The translations under genes and the position numbers were made by a program. A stretch of DNA of 48,497 nucleotides, from positions 4,336,777-4,385,273 of the forward strand of contig NC_068981.1 in NCBI RefSeq assembly GCF_001194135.2, in the 5' to 3' direction. This document shows positions 10,776 through 23,003 of the stretch, piece after piece. The notes beneath the pieces were generated by a model, which was not told the origin of the DNA, did not search any database, and was given only the letters and a program-made list of their open reading frames with translations. This DNA comes from Octopus bimaculoides (Eukaryota). Within the stretch, counting starts at the first letter, position 1. Each line of letters opens with the position of its first letter.

Positions 10776-10873
10776 GTTCCAGACTGGGATGATCGGATCC
10801 ATGTTATCAAATGGGTTGAAGTGGAGTCGACACCTCTGAGTAATGCACCTGATATGGTCGCTGTCAAAGAGAC
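10776..10873 (+). CDS. HYDIN: HYDIN exon 6 (phase 0-2)
   Basis: tctag|GTT...GAGAC|gtaaga; VPDWDDRIHVIKWVEV, a characteristic HYDIN motif; absent from the ORF track. Confidence 0.93.
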
Positions 10874-10920
10874 GTAAGATATAACACTTCTTTATCATTT
10901 GTTAATTTCAACCTGTTTCA

Positions 10921-11710
10921 CCCTTTAACATTCACTTCATTCTGTCAAACGTAATTCTTAATTTATTCACATTGTTTTGAATTAACCACATGTTATCTCC
11001 TAGCTGCAAGATTTCAATGGTGTGTTTGTATATTTTTAGAATGACATTGTGAAGTAGGTGTGAGAGGCCAGATCTTGGCAGTTTGAACATAAAACAAAAA
11101 TATTTGGGCCGGTTATGGCTTGTTTCCCCACTTAGTATTCAGTTCACTCTGTCAAATGCAATGTTTATTAATTTACTTTGATTTGAATTGATTTTGCAGC
11201 ATCTTGTAGCTTCAAGTTTTCATTGGTGTATTTGTAGATTTTTAGAATGACATTGTAGGTTCGTGTGAGAGGCCAGATCTTGATAATTTGTACATAAAAC
11301 AAGGAGGATATTTGGGCCGGACACAGCCTGTCCAACCCTTTGGCATTCAGGTTATTCCATCAAATGCAATGCTTATTTATTCACATTGTTTTTAATTAAT
11401 CACTCATTATCTTGTAGCTTCAAGATTTTGATGAAGTGATTGTGATTTTTAGAAGGACATTGTAGGATAGGTGCAAGAGGCTTGATCTGGCCAGTTTGAA
11501 CTGAAACCAAGTAGAATATTTGGGCTGAACATGGCCTGTATTAACCCTTCAGCATTCACATTGGTTTGAGTTAATCATGCATTATCTCATAGCTTTGGGA
11601 TTTTTAGAATGACATGGTAGGGTAGGTATGAGAGGCTGGATCTGGCCAGTTTGAACATAAAGCAGGTGGAATATTTAGGTTAGATATGGCTGGATTAAAT
11701 GCTAAAGGGT
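10921..11710 (+). repeat. Tandem array of four roughly 200-bp units of a piggyBac-type MITE (family E)
   Basis: Repeated TTTAGAATGACATTGTAGG...GTGTGAGAGGCCAGATC...AATATTTGGGCCGG; units start CCC(T)TT/CCACTT, only the last ends TAAAGGG; minus fragment at about 22840-22920. Confidence 0.7.
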
Positions 11711-11839
11711 AAAGAACCATTTCAAGAATGGAATAAATGCTATGCAGTTGTTCTTCTGGGGTTCCCCCCCCCCCTTTGATGGTCTGAGTTCAAATCCTGC
11801 CAGGGTCAATTTTGCCTTTTATTCTTTTAAGTTTGGTAA

Positions 11840-12393
11840 CCGTGAGCTACACGACCTCGCTCGAATGATTTTCTAATGTGCCACCAGCACCAGTGTCAGT
11901 AAGGCGACGCTGGTAATGATCACGCTCAAATGGTGCTATTTATGTGCCACTAGCACGGAAGCCAGACAACTGCTCTGGCAATGATCATGCTTGGACGGTG
12001 CTGTTAGTGCTCCACTGGCACCGGTGCCAGTCATCGGATATGGTTTGATGCATGTATGTATGCATGCATGTATTTGTGTAGCGTGGCCGTTGCCAGTTCC
12101 GCCTGACTGGCTCCCGTAGGATTTTCGAGCGAGATCGTTGCCAGTGCCCCTGGACTGGCTTGTGCGGGTGGCACATAAAAGACACCATTTCGAGCGTGGC
12201 CGTTTTCGTGCGGGTGACACGTAAAAGCACCCACTACACTCTCTGAGTGGTTGGCGTTAGGAAGGGCATCCAGCTGTAGAAACTCTGCCAAATCAGACTG
12301 GAGCCTGGTGTTGCCATCCGGTTTCACCAGACCTCAGTCAAATCGTCCAACCCATGCTAGCATGGAAAGCGGACGTTAAACGATGATGATGAT
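11840..12393 (+). mobile_element. RTE-type 3' end or RTE-tailed SINE (family B) with internal roughly 65-bp subrepeats
   Basis: GGAAGGGCATCCAGCTGTAGAAA...CCAACCCATGCTAGCATGGAAAGCGGACGTTAAAC(GAT)n. Copies near 3660, 6620, 9085, 25490, 26930, 28630, 29640, 30590, 37070, 43340, 43700 (+) and 16745, 47640, 48115 (-). Confidence 0.85.
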
Positions 12394-12523
12394 GTATGTA
12401 TATATGGATGACTATATTTATATATGTATATATATTTTGTTAGATTTTCTCCTCATTTATACAGTTTTAGATTCCTTCAAATTGTAATTCATTGTATTTT
12501 TCTGACTTGATTCTTCATTGCAG

Positions 12524-12715
12524 TCCAAATGCTATGTTCCGCAAGAGGAGAAAAGTTGTGGAAATTGAACCGGAACCAGCAAATACTGTGATTCCTGGCA
12601 CTGAGAGAGAAATTGGTTTGTTTATTAATGGAACCGCTGAGTATTGTAAATACGAATGCCACACGACTAGCATTTACTTCAAGGATACTTACATGTTTCA
12701 AACAAGATCTTTCCA
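12524..12715 (+). CDS. HYDIN: HYDIN exon 7 (phase 2-2)
   Basis: ttgcag|TCCA...TTCCA|gtatgt; RKRRKVVEIEPEPANTVIP...AEYCKYECHTTSIYFKDTYMFQTRSF. Confidence 0.93.
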
Positions 12716-13550
12716 GTATGTTCCTCTTTTTTTTTTTTTTTTTTTTTTGTTCAGGATTTAAATTTATATATTCTAAAGATGGTAACTACTTTGCTTCTGG
12801 TCATCTCTTCTGCTTTGCACATCTGCACCAAATGTAATTCTTTGTAAATGCACACTAGCTGCACAGTCAGCACATTATTCACACTTTTGTGCCCTTATAA
12901 AACCTGACTTTGAAAGAGAAGTTTGCTTCCCAACCACATGGTTCTGGGTTCAGTCCCACTGTGTGGCACCTTGGGCAACTGTTTTCAACTATAGCCTCAG
13001 GCCAACCAAAACCTTGTGAGTTGATTTGGTAGATGGAACCAGAACGAAGCCCGTCATATATATATTTGTCTGTGTGTGTAGTTTACTGTTCCATTATAGG
13101 TAGGATCAAGAAAATAAGTATTCTATCCAGTGAGAAATAAATATCATTTAATATTCACAGAATTTCAAGCAGAGCCACCAACAGTTTCATGCTGTAGAGA
13201 TACAAAAATTTGGAAGATTTACACATCATGCCTTGTTAGAAAATTACTGTTTTGTAAATCTCACAATGAGAGATATTCAGCAACAGTAGTTTGGAGTAAA
13301 GATTGTTTGCCAACATAACATGGCAGTCCTGGTTTAAGACGAATGTTGCTGTAATTTAGCCCCAGGAGACATCGTCTCCAGCTGGCTATACAACACGATC
13401 TGTGTCCTTATATTTTCGAACAAGGGAATCTAGCACCCCCACTCAGCTCAAAAAAATATCTGTGTTTTCAAGCAATCTTTCAGGCTTAGTGCATACCAAT
13501 TTTTGAAAACCAGGATGCTGGTCTATGAGAAAGTCTTACCCACCCACCCT

Positions 13551-13599
<49 letters not shown>

Positions 13600-13620
13600 A
13601 TATATACACACACATATTTA

Positions 13621-14123
13621 TTACTGGTGAAGGCCGGTTTATAGAGTCCTGGGTTTCTCGCCATAAAGGGTACATTTATGGTGTATCTTCAGACCCCAAC
13701 ATTTGTTGGCCGATGACTTCTTTAAAATATGGAGTGGGGAAATGATATGGATGTTCACAAGGGGATTATCTCCCTTTGCTGCTAGCTGTCGCCCTCCAGC
13801 CGTGTTGCCATCTTTCAGTGATGAGGGTAAACAATTGAGGGTTATCTCTCTCTCTCCCATCAGCAATCAACTTCCGACTGTGGTGTTATTTTCGCTATTA
13901 CTTCTAATACGTGGTTCCAAAAATGCCAGCAGAAATCTCCCAAAATGCAAGCATGGCCTGAAAATCCCCACTCTGGAGTTCAGTAATGTCCCTGGTATGT
14001 GTGAGCCCTTCAGGATTTCCCCGTGTTCGGCTACGCATAACCCGTAGCTCCTGCTTCATTGACACAGGGACCCAGGTGCCCAAGAGTATGATCCTTACTC
14101 TATAAACCGGCCTTCACCAGTAA
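13621..14123. mobile_element. Non-autonomous TIR element (TA-flanked)
   Basis: Perfect 27-bp inverted repeat TTACTGGTGAAGGCCGGTTTATAGAGT at 13621-13647 and 14097-14123. Confidence 0.8.
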
Positions 14124-14469
14124 TTAATATAGACTGCTCTGCTTCTTAGAGTGTGCTTCTTCTCCGAATTTATGTTTTTCTAAAACACACACACGCACAC
14201 ACATATCTGTAATTGTCCCCTATCACCACTTGACAGCGGTGTTGGTGTGTTTATGTCCCCGTAACTTAACAGTTCAGCAAAAGAGACCAATAGAATAGGC
14301 TTTAAAAAAATTAGCCCTAGGGTCAATTTGTTCGATTAGAACCCCTTCAAGGTGGTGCTGCAGCATGGCCACAGCCAAGTACCTGAAACATGTAAAAGAT
14401 AAAATTCATGGAACTTTACAAATGATTGAAAGAAATGTTTGGATTATTTTTTATTTATATTTTGTGTAG

Positions 14470-14718
14470 ATTTTGTTTAACAAACAAGGAAATTGTTCAG
14501 CTGGAATACAGTTGGCAAGTTGTGTTGGATGAAGTACAGTTGAGCAGTAATTTGCCAGAAGAAGAGGTGAACCCCAGTCCTTCTGTACAAACGGACACTT
14601 ACATTCCGATTACCATTGAACCTGATTATGGCACCATAGCTGCCGAGACGTCCTGCACATTTACTGTGAAATATTCTCCTTTGAAAGCTGCGGAAGTCTC
14701 TGGAAAACTTGTTTGTTG
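14470..14718 (+). CDS. HYDIN: HYDIN exon 8 (phase 2-2)
   Basis: gtgtag|ATTT...TGTTG|gtaatg; FCLTNKEIVQLEYSWQV...ITIEPDYGTIAAETSCTFTVKYSPLKAAEVSGKLVC. Confidence 0.92.
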
Positions 14719-14864
14719 GTAATGAAAGTTTCGTTAAATTACTTTATTTGTTTTTAAATGTGGATTGCTTTCTGGGTTATTAAAATACATATGAGACACA
14801 GGCATGGTTGTGTGGTAAGAAGCTTGCTTCCAAGCCACATAGTTCCAAGTTCAGTCCCACTGCG

Positions 14865-15551
14865 TGTTGATGCAGTGTAATGGGTGTTGATGCAGCAGAT
14901 GTGCAAGATTAAAGAAGAACAGCGATCAAAGTTGTAAACAAATATTTATTACCGTTACTTCGTATAAAGCCAAACCACGACGGACTGGTATAATATAATT
15001 CATGTGAGGTATTGAAGAGGGATATTGTAGATTTTCCTTGTATAGTTTGTGTTCTTGTGATTGTGTAGTAGTAAACTACAGATAGAGACAGAGTAATGTT
15101 GTAGAGAAAATAAAGTGAGAGTGGTGACCGTGGTGGGACGAGACAACTGCTTTGTTGGTGAGTTACCATAGTTGTCCCTCTGTGCCTTTACACTCAGAGA
15201 CGGTGCATCGGTCAGCCGGTCAGCCGACTTGGTTCTCACTAACTGGCTTCAGCTTACAGAGTTCTTGTATTTAAAACAAATTAAAACCAGTTAGAAAAGT
15301 AGGTGTATTGTAGAGAACAATAAATTTCATTGGGGCAGGGGGCGGGTCAACCTGTTGTCTCAATTCTAACTTTTCATGGCCTAAAAGAGGTTAGGAGGGT
15401 CAAGTGGCAAAGACATGAATCGGGCTTAGTAAAGCCACGTGTTAAATGTAACTGCTGTCGCTATTGTTTTTCTGTGAGAAAAGTGGTGTTGAGATGTTAA
15501 AGGAAATTGGCAGATCCAGGTTTGAATCTACTCGGTGCCTAAATGAAGTCA
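14865..15551 (-). mobile_element. Solo LTR inserted in a family A SINE
   Basis: TG...CA termini; 5-bp TSD CTGCG / CTGCA; splits SINE sequence CCCACTGCG|TGGCACC; AATAAA on the minus strand near 14944. Confidence 0.75.
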
Positions 15552-16169
15552 CTGCATGGCACCTTGAGCAAGTATCTTCTACTATAGCTTCAGGATGACC
15601 AAAGCTTTGTGAGTGGATCTGGCAGATGGAAACTGAAAAGAAGCCCATTGTATGTGTGTTTGTGTCTATGTTTGTCCCCACCACCTCTTGACAAGCAGTG
15701 TTGGTGTGTTTACATCCCCATAGCTTAGAAGTTTGGCTAAAGAGATTCAGAGATTGGTAGACTGAGTACCAAGCTTTAGAAAAGAAATACTGAGGGCATC
15801 AATTCCTTTGACCAAAATTCTTCAAGGTGGTGCCCCCCAGCATGGCCGCAGGTCTAATGACTGACACAAGTAAAAGTTTAGAAAAGCAAAAAGATAAACG
15901 ATCTCATTGATGGCTGGCCTTTCTAGCAGAGACAACTGGACTAAACAGCTCCCCTGCATAGTGAGGGCCATCTTTTGGAAGAGACAACCCAGACAATTAG
16001 GAATAGAATCTGGCTTTCAGCGTATTGACCTTTCTGACAATGCTTTAAGTTCTTCAGTTTATATTTGGAGTTCAAATCCAACTGGAGTCTGCCATTACTG
16101 TCATCCTTCTGCATGTTGATGAAATAATTTCTAATTAAGCAATCAATTTGGCCATTGTGACAGGGTGAG

Positions 16170-16430
16170 ATGACAACCTCCTCCCCTGCCTCCTCTCCTC
16201 ACCTCCCTTCCTCTTCCTCATCTCTTCTTTCTCTTCCCCCTCATTGTCTCTCCCCTCTCCCTCTCCTCCTCTCTCTATCCTCTATCTCCTCTCTGTCCTC
16301 TCTTGCCTCCACCCTCCTCTCCTTCCAGACTTCTCCTCTCCCTCTGCCTCCTGTTCTCCCCTCCTCCTTTTTCTCCTCTCCTTTTACGCCTCCTCCTCCC
16401 TCTACTTACATTTGTTTTCCTTTCCAATAT
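16170..16430. repeat. Low-complexity pyrimidine tract upstream of exon 9
   Basis: C/T-rich run ending at the exon 9 acceptor. Confidence 0.85.
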
Positions 16431-16434
16431 TCAG

Positions 16435-16659
16435 CATTCCCAACCTTGAAGAAGAAGTCGAAGCACCCACCATTATAATAAAAGCCAAAGGCCTGATGCC
16501 ATATTGCCATTTTGATGTCAAAGAATCTGACTACATCCGCAATGCTCGCCGAGACCCAAAGCAAAGTGGCCCTGCTGGAGCACCTCCCTCTGCCGTCCTT
16601 GATCCCAATATACGAGCCATTGAATTAGAATGTGTTGGACTGCAATCAAAAATTTCCAA
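16435..16659 (+). CDS. HYDIN: HYDIN exon 9 (phase 2-2)
   Basis: ttcag|CATT...TCCAA|gtaagt; IPNLEEEVEAPTIIIKAKGLMPYCHFDVKESDYIRNARRDP...VLDPNIRAIELECVG. Confidence 0.94.
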
Positions 16660-16741
16660 GTAAGTTGGCTCCATTTAAAACCTGATTTACCTTAAAATGA
16701 CTGTTGTTGTTTTCTAAAATACTGGGCCTGAAATTGTTCCT

Positions 16742-16778
<37 letters not shown>

Positions 16779-17120
16779 TAATGTCCATCTTCCATGCTAG
16801 CAACGGTTGGATGGTTTGGCAGAAGCTGGCAAAGCTGGAGAGCTTCACCAAGCTCCGTTGTCTGCTTTGGCATGGTTTCTACTGCTGGATGCCCTTCCTA
16901 GTGCCAACCACTCCACAGAGTGTATTGGGTGCTTTATGCATGGTACTAGTACTGACAGGGTCTTCAGGTACCTTGGAAGAGGGAGTAGTATTGAGTGGAG
17001 GTGTGTGGTATTGTGCCAGTTAAAAAATTTAGGGTCTAGAGGGTCAGACATTGGTGTTTTGTTGTAGCACAGATACATGGAGACTCTTGTTGGAAAAGAA
17101 AAGGAAGTGAATTGGAGAGT

Positions 17121-17158
<38 letters not shown>

Positions 17159-17490
17159 TGATGGCAAAGATGTGTCAAGACATGCCCTTGTAGTGGAAGT
17201 TGTGGAGGTTGTTGTGGTGGTTGTTGTGGGGGTGGTGGTGATGGTAAGAGTGATGATGATGATCTTGATGACAGCAATGGTGGTGATGTGAATGACAATG
17301 CGGATGATGTGATGATTTTGATGATGATGAGGAGGAGGAGGGAGAGTGGTAATGATGGTGGTGAGGGCAATAGTGATGCTGACATTGAAGATGACACGAT
17401 AACAAGGAGGATGATGTTAATGATGATGATGATGATGGGTTGCCATTGAATTTGATATTCCTTGTATTTTTCACCATTTATCCATTGCAG

Positions 17491-17629
17491 AACATTTCCA
17501 ATTTTCAACCCAACTGACGAGAGATACACCTATGAATGGATTTGTCAAGATGAGAAACCCCCTAAGAGCAATGCAGGCTTCAGCTGTTTAACCTCTCGAG
17601 GGTCCGTAAAACCAGGGAAAAAAGCTGAG
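17491..17629 (+). CDS. HYDIN: HYDIN exon 10 (phase 2-0)
   Basis: ttgcag|AACA...GCTGAG|gtgatt; TFPIFNPTDERYTYEWICQD...FSCLTSRGSVKPGKKAE. Confidence 0.92.
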
Positions 17630-17784
17630 GTGATTTTTCACTCTTGTGTTTCCACTTCTTATGTGTCCATAGCTTGCACTGGCTGCACCCTATGCAATTT
17701 CTACCTACACTTTTTCTACATTATTGAGCAGGGACATTTCCCTGAAGAAATTGGCAATTTTTCTGCTTTCTGCTTTCCTTCTTA

Positions 17785-18710
17785 CTAGTAATTCGGTTTG
17801 CTAGATTAACTCTGAGACCCTTCGATTCCCGGCTTTGCTTCCACTCCTGGAATTTCTCTAATTCTACAATAGATTCAGCTGTAAGAACAAGGTTATCAAA
17901 ATAGAGGAGCTCCCACAGCCAACCAGTTTTGAATTCTTCTGTTATGGCCTGGAAGACTATGGTAAACAAAGGGGCTGAGAACCGATCCTTGGTGAACTCC
18001 TGCCCATACACTGAATTTCTTACAGACTTTCACTTTACTGACTACATCCCTATTCATGGCTTGAATGGCTCTCACCAGCCACTCATCTACCCACTGGCTT
18101 CTGCAGCAATCACCAGATGAGGGAGTGAGGGACCCTGTCAAAAGCTTCATCCATGTCAACAAATGCCATGTGCAGCATTTTATTTTTGTTGAAATGCTTC
18201 TCTCCTGAAGTTGCCTTACAAAGATGATATCATCAGTTGTACTTCTTCTTCCTGGCGCAAAACCCAAACTGCATCTCATCTAGGTTAACTCTCTTCCTAA
18301 TTAGTTAAGGTGTAACCCTTTCTGTTACCTTCAAGATCTGATTGAGCAGTTTTGAAACCCCTGTAATTATTTGTGTCTCAGGTGTCACTTTTACCTTTGT
18401 TGCAGTTGGCTATAAGGCTGCTTAACCAATTGTTGTGTGTGACTCCCTCGTGGATAACCTGGTTAACTATACGGGTGACTAGACTATACCCCACTCCACC
18501 AGGTTTTTTTAGCATCTCAGCAGCGATTCCTGATGGGCTGGGAGCTTTCCCTGTCTTCATATCCTTAATTGCTTTATCTACCAAGCTACTGTCGATTTGG
18601 ATAGCTGGTCTCTCTACTGGGTCAACATTTGGCAGACTCTCCTCCTCCCATTCATTCTCTACATTAAGCAGCCTTTTATAGTGGCACTTCCATGCCTCTT
18701 TCTTTGAAGA
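17785..18710 (-). mobile_element. Decayed RTE-clade LINE reverse transcriptase fragment
   Basis: KAIKDMKTGKAPSPSGIAAEMLK; GFAPGRRSTTDDIIFVRQLQE; GVHQGSVLSP; LLYFDNLVL...ESKGLRVN, with frameshifts. Confidence 0.88.
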
Positions 18711-18794
18711 TTCACTAAGTGAAGTTATTATTTGGAATCGACAAAATCATTGAAGCATCAGAAGACATGTTTCATCATTTTTGCTCTTTTATGT

Positions 18795-18950
18795 TCTGAG
18801 TTCAAGCCACACTAAGGTCAACTTTGTCCTTCATCCTTCCAGGATCCATAAAATAAAATATCATTTAAGTACTGATTATGACTAACCGACTTCCCTTAAA
18901 ACATTGCAGGCCTTGTTCCTAAATCAGTAACCATTATTATTCTTATTGTC
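18795..18950 (+). mobile_element. Fragment of another SINE family (conserved-domain type)
   Basis: GAGTTCAAG...GGTCAACTTTGTCCTTCATCCTTCCAGG.TC.ATAAAATAA; related pieces near 11780 and 44325, minus tail near 40830. Confidence 0.5.
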
Positions 18951-18966
18951 ATTGTGTCAGCATCTT

Positions 18967-18999
<33 letters not shown>

Positions 19000-19085
19000 T
19001 TCCTTTATGAAATTTCATTCTCAGCTGACAAACAGAAATAGTTTTCTGAAAGAATCTTATTTTCTTTTCTCTTTCCCCCAATTAG

Positions 19086-19251
19086 ATGGTATTTGAATTC
19101 ATGCCATATGAAATCGGTTACAGTGAATCATTTTGGGAGTTTCAAATTGCACAAAAGAATATCAAAATCCCTTTCCTTTTTGTTGCTAATGTCCATGACC
19201 CTGACATCTTATTCGACCGATCACACGTATTGCTCAAGCGCCTGGTTGTTG
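19086..19251 (+). CDS. HYDIN: HYDIN exon 11 (phase 0-1)
   Basis: attag|ATG...GTTG|gtaagt; MVFEFMPYEIGYSESFWEFQIAQKNIKIPFLFVANVHDPDILFDRSHVLLKRLVV. Confidence 0.93.
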
Positions 19252-21739
19252 GTAAGTATTCCTTAATCTTATTACCTTAAAAATAATTTCTGACCAATAG
19301 TTCAAAATCTTCCGTTTGGAAATCATTTCAGAAGGAAGACCACTTCTCTGATTTTTGTTGTATGTTCCAGTTTCAGTTAAAACAAAGAATTTAGGACTGA
19401 ATCTTCTCTAACTTCCCATCATGCTTTGTTCCTGGTATAGCAGGAACAGCCTAAACATATTCTCTACTGGATTCCTGGTAATGTGGTAATGAAGGAACAT
19501 GTAGAAAAAAGAAGACAAAATACTAAAAAATAGACAACAGATCACGTTACAGTTTTCTAGTCATGTTTATGACTCGTTAATGGTGCCCCCCCCCCTAGCT
19601 GTGGTTTACTTTTGTTTTTACAGGAGTGGCTGTGTGGTAAGTAGCTTGCTTACCAACCACATGGTTTTGGGNNNNNNNNNNNNNNNNNNNNNNNNNNNNN
19701 NNNNNNNNNNNNNNNNNNNNNNNNNNNNNNNNNNNNNNNNNNNNNNNNNNNNNNNNNNNNNNNNNNNNNNNNNNNNNNNNNNNNNNNNNNNNNNNNNNNN
19801 NNNNNNNNNNNNNNNNNNNNNNNNNNNNNNNNNNNNNNNNNNNNNNNNNNNNNNNNNNNNNNNNNNNNNNNNNNNNNNNNNNNNNNNNNNNNNNNNNNNN
19901 NNNNNNNNNNNNNNNNNNNNNNNNNNNNNNNNNNNNNNNNNNNNNNNNNNNNNNNNNNNNNNNNNNNNNNNNNNNNNNNNNNNNNNNNNNNNNNNNNNNN
20001 NNNNNNNNNNNNNNNNNNNNNNNNNNNNNNNNNNNNNNNNNNNNNNNNNNNNNNNNNNNNNNNNNNNNNNNNNNNNNNNNNNNNNNNNNNNNNNNNNNNN
20101 NNNNNNNNNNNNNNNNNNNNNNNNNNNNNNNNNNNNNNNNNNNNNNNNNNNNNNNNNNNNNNNNNNNNNNNNNNNNNNNNNNNNNNNNNNNNNNNNNNNN
20201 NNNNNNNNNNNNNNNNNNNNNNNNNNNNNNNNNNNNNNNNNNNNNNNNNNNNNNNNNNNNNNNNNNNNNNNNNNNNNNNNNNNNNNNNNNNNNNNNNNNN
20301 NNNNNNNNNNNNNNNNNNNNNNNNNNNNNNNNNNNNNNNNNNNNNNNNNNNNNNNNNNNNNNNNNNNNNNNNNNNNNNNNNNNNNNNNNNNNNNNNNNNN
20401 NNNNNNNTCGTCACTCTTCAGCCGTATCTGCAACCATTTATTCATTTTGCTCAGGAGTTCAAGCCTGAGATGGTTCATGTAGAATCTCAGGCTCTGATTT
20501 TTAATGCCTTGATTGTTAAACTCTGTTCCCCTGTCTCAGATTCGATAAGTACCTTAATGTAGGATTGAATTAATTGATTTCTGCAAAGAAATGTTTTCAT
20601 TAAAAGGATCAGAAATGGACAGGTATAAATTGGTAGCTAACGAGCTAGTTCTCATAAATCTAAAAGTCGTATAATGTTGTGTATGATGTCATCATTGTCA
20701 TGGTGTAAATACATGGCTTAGTGGCTAGCAAATTTGGCTCACAGTCATAAGGTCAGCAGTTCAATTCCTGGTGGTACATTGTGTCCTTCAGCAAGACACT
20801 TTACTTGTTGCTCCAATCCTCTCAACTGGCAAAAATGAGTGGTACCTGTAATTACAAAGGGACCAGCCTTGACACATACTGTGTCACACTGAATCTCCAT
20901 GTGAACCATGTTAAGAGTACTTGTGTCTGTGGAGTACTCAGCCACTTGCACATTAATTTCACAAGCAGGTTGTTCCATCGACTGGATCGAATGGAACCCT
21001 CGTTGCCATAACTGACTGAGTGCTGGCATCATTGTTGTTATTGTCATCGTTTAACATCCACCTCTCCTTGTTTACATGGGTCAGACAGTTGTTGAGGGAG
21101 GTTTTTCTATGGCTGGATGCCCTTAATGTAAGCGATTCTTGCCTGTTTCCAAGTAAGGTAATATTTCCCAATGGCCAGATAGGTTTTGCAAGGAAAATTG
21201 GAAACGACCAATACCATGTGGATGATGACGATGATGATGATGATAGGCATAGGTATGGCTATGCCATAAGAAGTTTGCTTCTCAACTACATGGGTCTAGG
21301 TTCAGTCCCACTGTGTGGCACCTTGGGAAAGTGTCTTCTACTGTAGCCTCAGGCTGCCCAAAGCTTTGTGAGTGGACTTGGTGAATGAAAACTGAAAGAA
21401 GTCCACCATGTGTGTGTGTTTGCCCACTGCCACTGCTCGATAACCATTGTTGGTGTATTTACACACCAGTAACTTAGTGGTTTAGCAAAGGAGACTGATA
21501 AACTAAATACCAGGTTTAATAAAGAAAAAAAAAACCGAATCCTGAGGTTGATTCATTCAACTGAAACTTCTTCAAGGCAGTGCCCCAGCATGGCCACAGT
21601 CGAATGACTGAAACAAATAAGAGATAAAAGATGAACAATGCCCATGCGATGCCAAAACATGAAGACCCACACCTGCAGACAATTCATCTTTATTGAACAA
21701 ATGTTTTCTTTTTTCTCTTCTGCCTGATTCCTTTTGCAG

Positions 21740-21887
21740 ACCATTCTATAACAGAAATCGTTCATCTTGTGAACAACGAAGAATGTGAATTTGAATTTGC
21801 TTTCACAGAAGACAGTATCTTCTCTGCTGGAGTTCCTTCCAAGTTAAGAATAGAACCAATGTCAGGAACAGTGGCACCGAAATCACG
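21740..21887 (+). CDS. HYDIN: HYDIN exon 12 (phase 1-2)
   Basis: ttgcag|ACC...TCACG|gtaaca; HSITEIVHLVNNEECEFEFAFTEDS...LRIEPMSGTVAPKSR; absent from the ORF track. Confidence 0.92.
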
Positions 21888-22184
21888 GTAACAACTTGTT
21901 GGAATCACTTTCTTTTTTTCTTTTTTCCTTTTTTCCTTTTTTTTTTTATTAACAACAATTACTGAACATGAACTTTTGATGTGAAATAAGCCTAAATATT
22001 ATATGAATATTATCATTATGTAATCAAAGCACCGAGACCTCGTTAGGAGGACGAGGATGGCGGCAGTGGCAGCATTGCTGCTTGTTGTTGTTGTTCTTCT
22101 TCAGTTCTTTTTCGTTTTTTCTTGGTCCCTTTGCTGCCATTCCTCACTTCCTCCACCTTCAGAGAAAGTCAACATAAGAGATGC

Positions 22185-22518
22185 AAGGTACAGAGTGTGC
22201 AATTAAAACAGCATTTCCTGCTCAGAAGGCAAAGAGTATGTATAAACCCCATATGCTGTATGCAAGCACTGGACACCACGCAAGAGATGTAGTGAAACCA
22301 GAGGAAGATTACCAGAGAACGTAAGCTTCATATGTGACAGGTACACCGGAGCAGTACATACTATGAGCTCACTGGGAACAGGTGCTCGTAAATGCCCAAA
22401 TGGCTCAGTGAAAGTGGTCAATAGCTTTTGTTACCTGGGAGATGTAATTAGCAAGGAAGGTGGGTGCTCCCAAAGTATGGGAGCCAGGATAAGAACAGAC
22501 TGGAAAAGTTCAGGGAGC

Positions 22519-22551
<33 letters not shown>

Positions 22552-22830
22552 TAACAAAGTTTTTTTCCCTCAGAGAGAAGGGCAGATTGTATGAAGGTAG
22601 TGAAATGTGAGCCCTGAATGAACAGGACAAGCAAAAGCTAGAAAGAAATGAAGTAAGCATGGTCTGCTGGATGTGCAACGTCAGTGTGCTTAAATGGTTA
22701 TGTATAAGTGTGTTGAGAGTAAAACTTTGTACATAAGAGGAATTAGATGTTGTGTGCAAGAAAGGAAATTGTGTTGGTATGGACATGTTATGCTTATGGA
22801 TGAGGACAGCTGTGTAAAGAAGTGCTGATC
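22185..22830 (+). mobile_element. Decayed RTE LINE ORF2 C-terminal fragment
   Basis: KVVNSFCYLGDVISKEGGCSQSMGARIRTDW; downstream RRNEVSMVCWMCN...LCWYGHVM-like text; interrupted by (CTG)n. Confidence 0.8.
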
Positions 22831-23003
22831 ATTTAATTCTTCAGCCTTTGAACTGACCAGACCTGATCCAAATATTCTGTTTGTTGTACAGACTGGCTAG
22901 ATCAGGCCTCTCACACCTACATCCATCAAATGTAAATAATGAATGGTGGACTGTGCCTACACCCGAATGTTACGTGCAGTACTCAACATCCCTTGGAGAA
23001 ACA

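Noticed and set aside
13648-13697. Minus-strand CUGAAGA, 7-bp hairpin, GAAA inside the TIR element
   Set aside because: Stems I and III cannot be formed because the TIR begins right after GAAACCCAGG; at best a truncated relic.
19580-20482. ORFs of 180-370 aa here and at 32200-33382, 34532-35345, 39189-39839 and 46680-47594
   Set aside because: They run through N-gaps and are artefacts.
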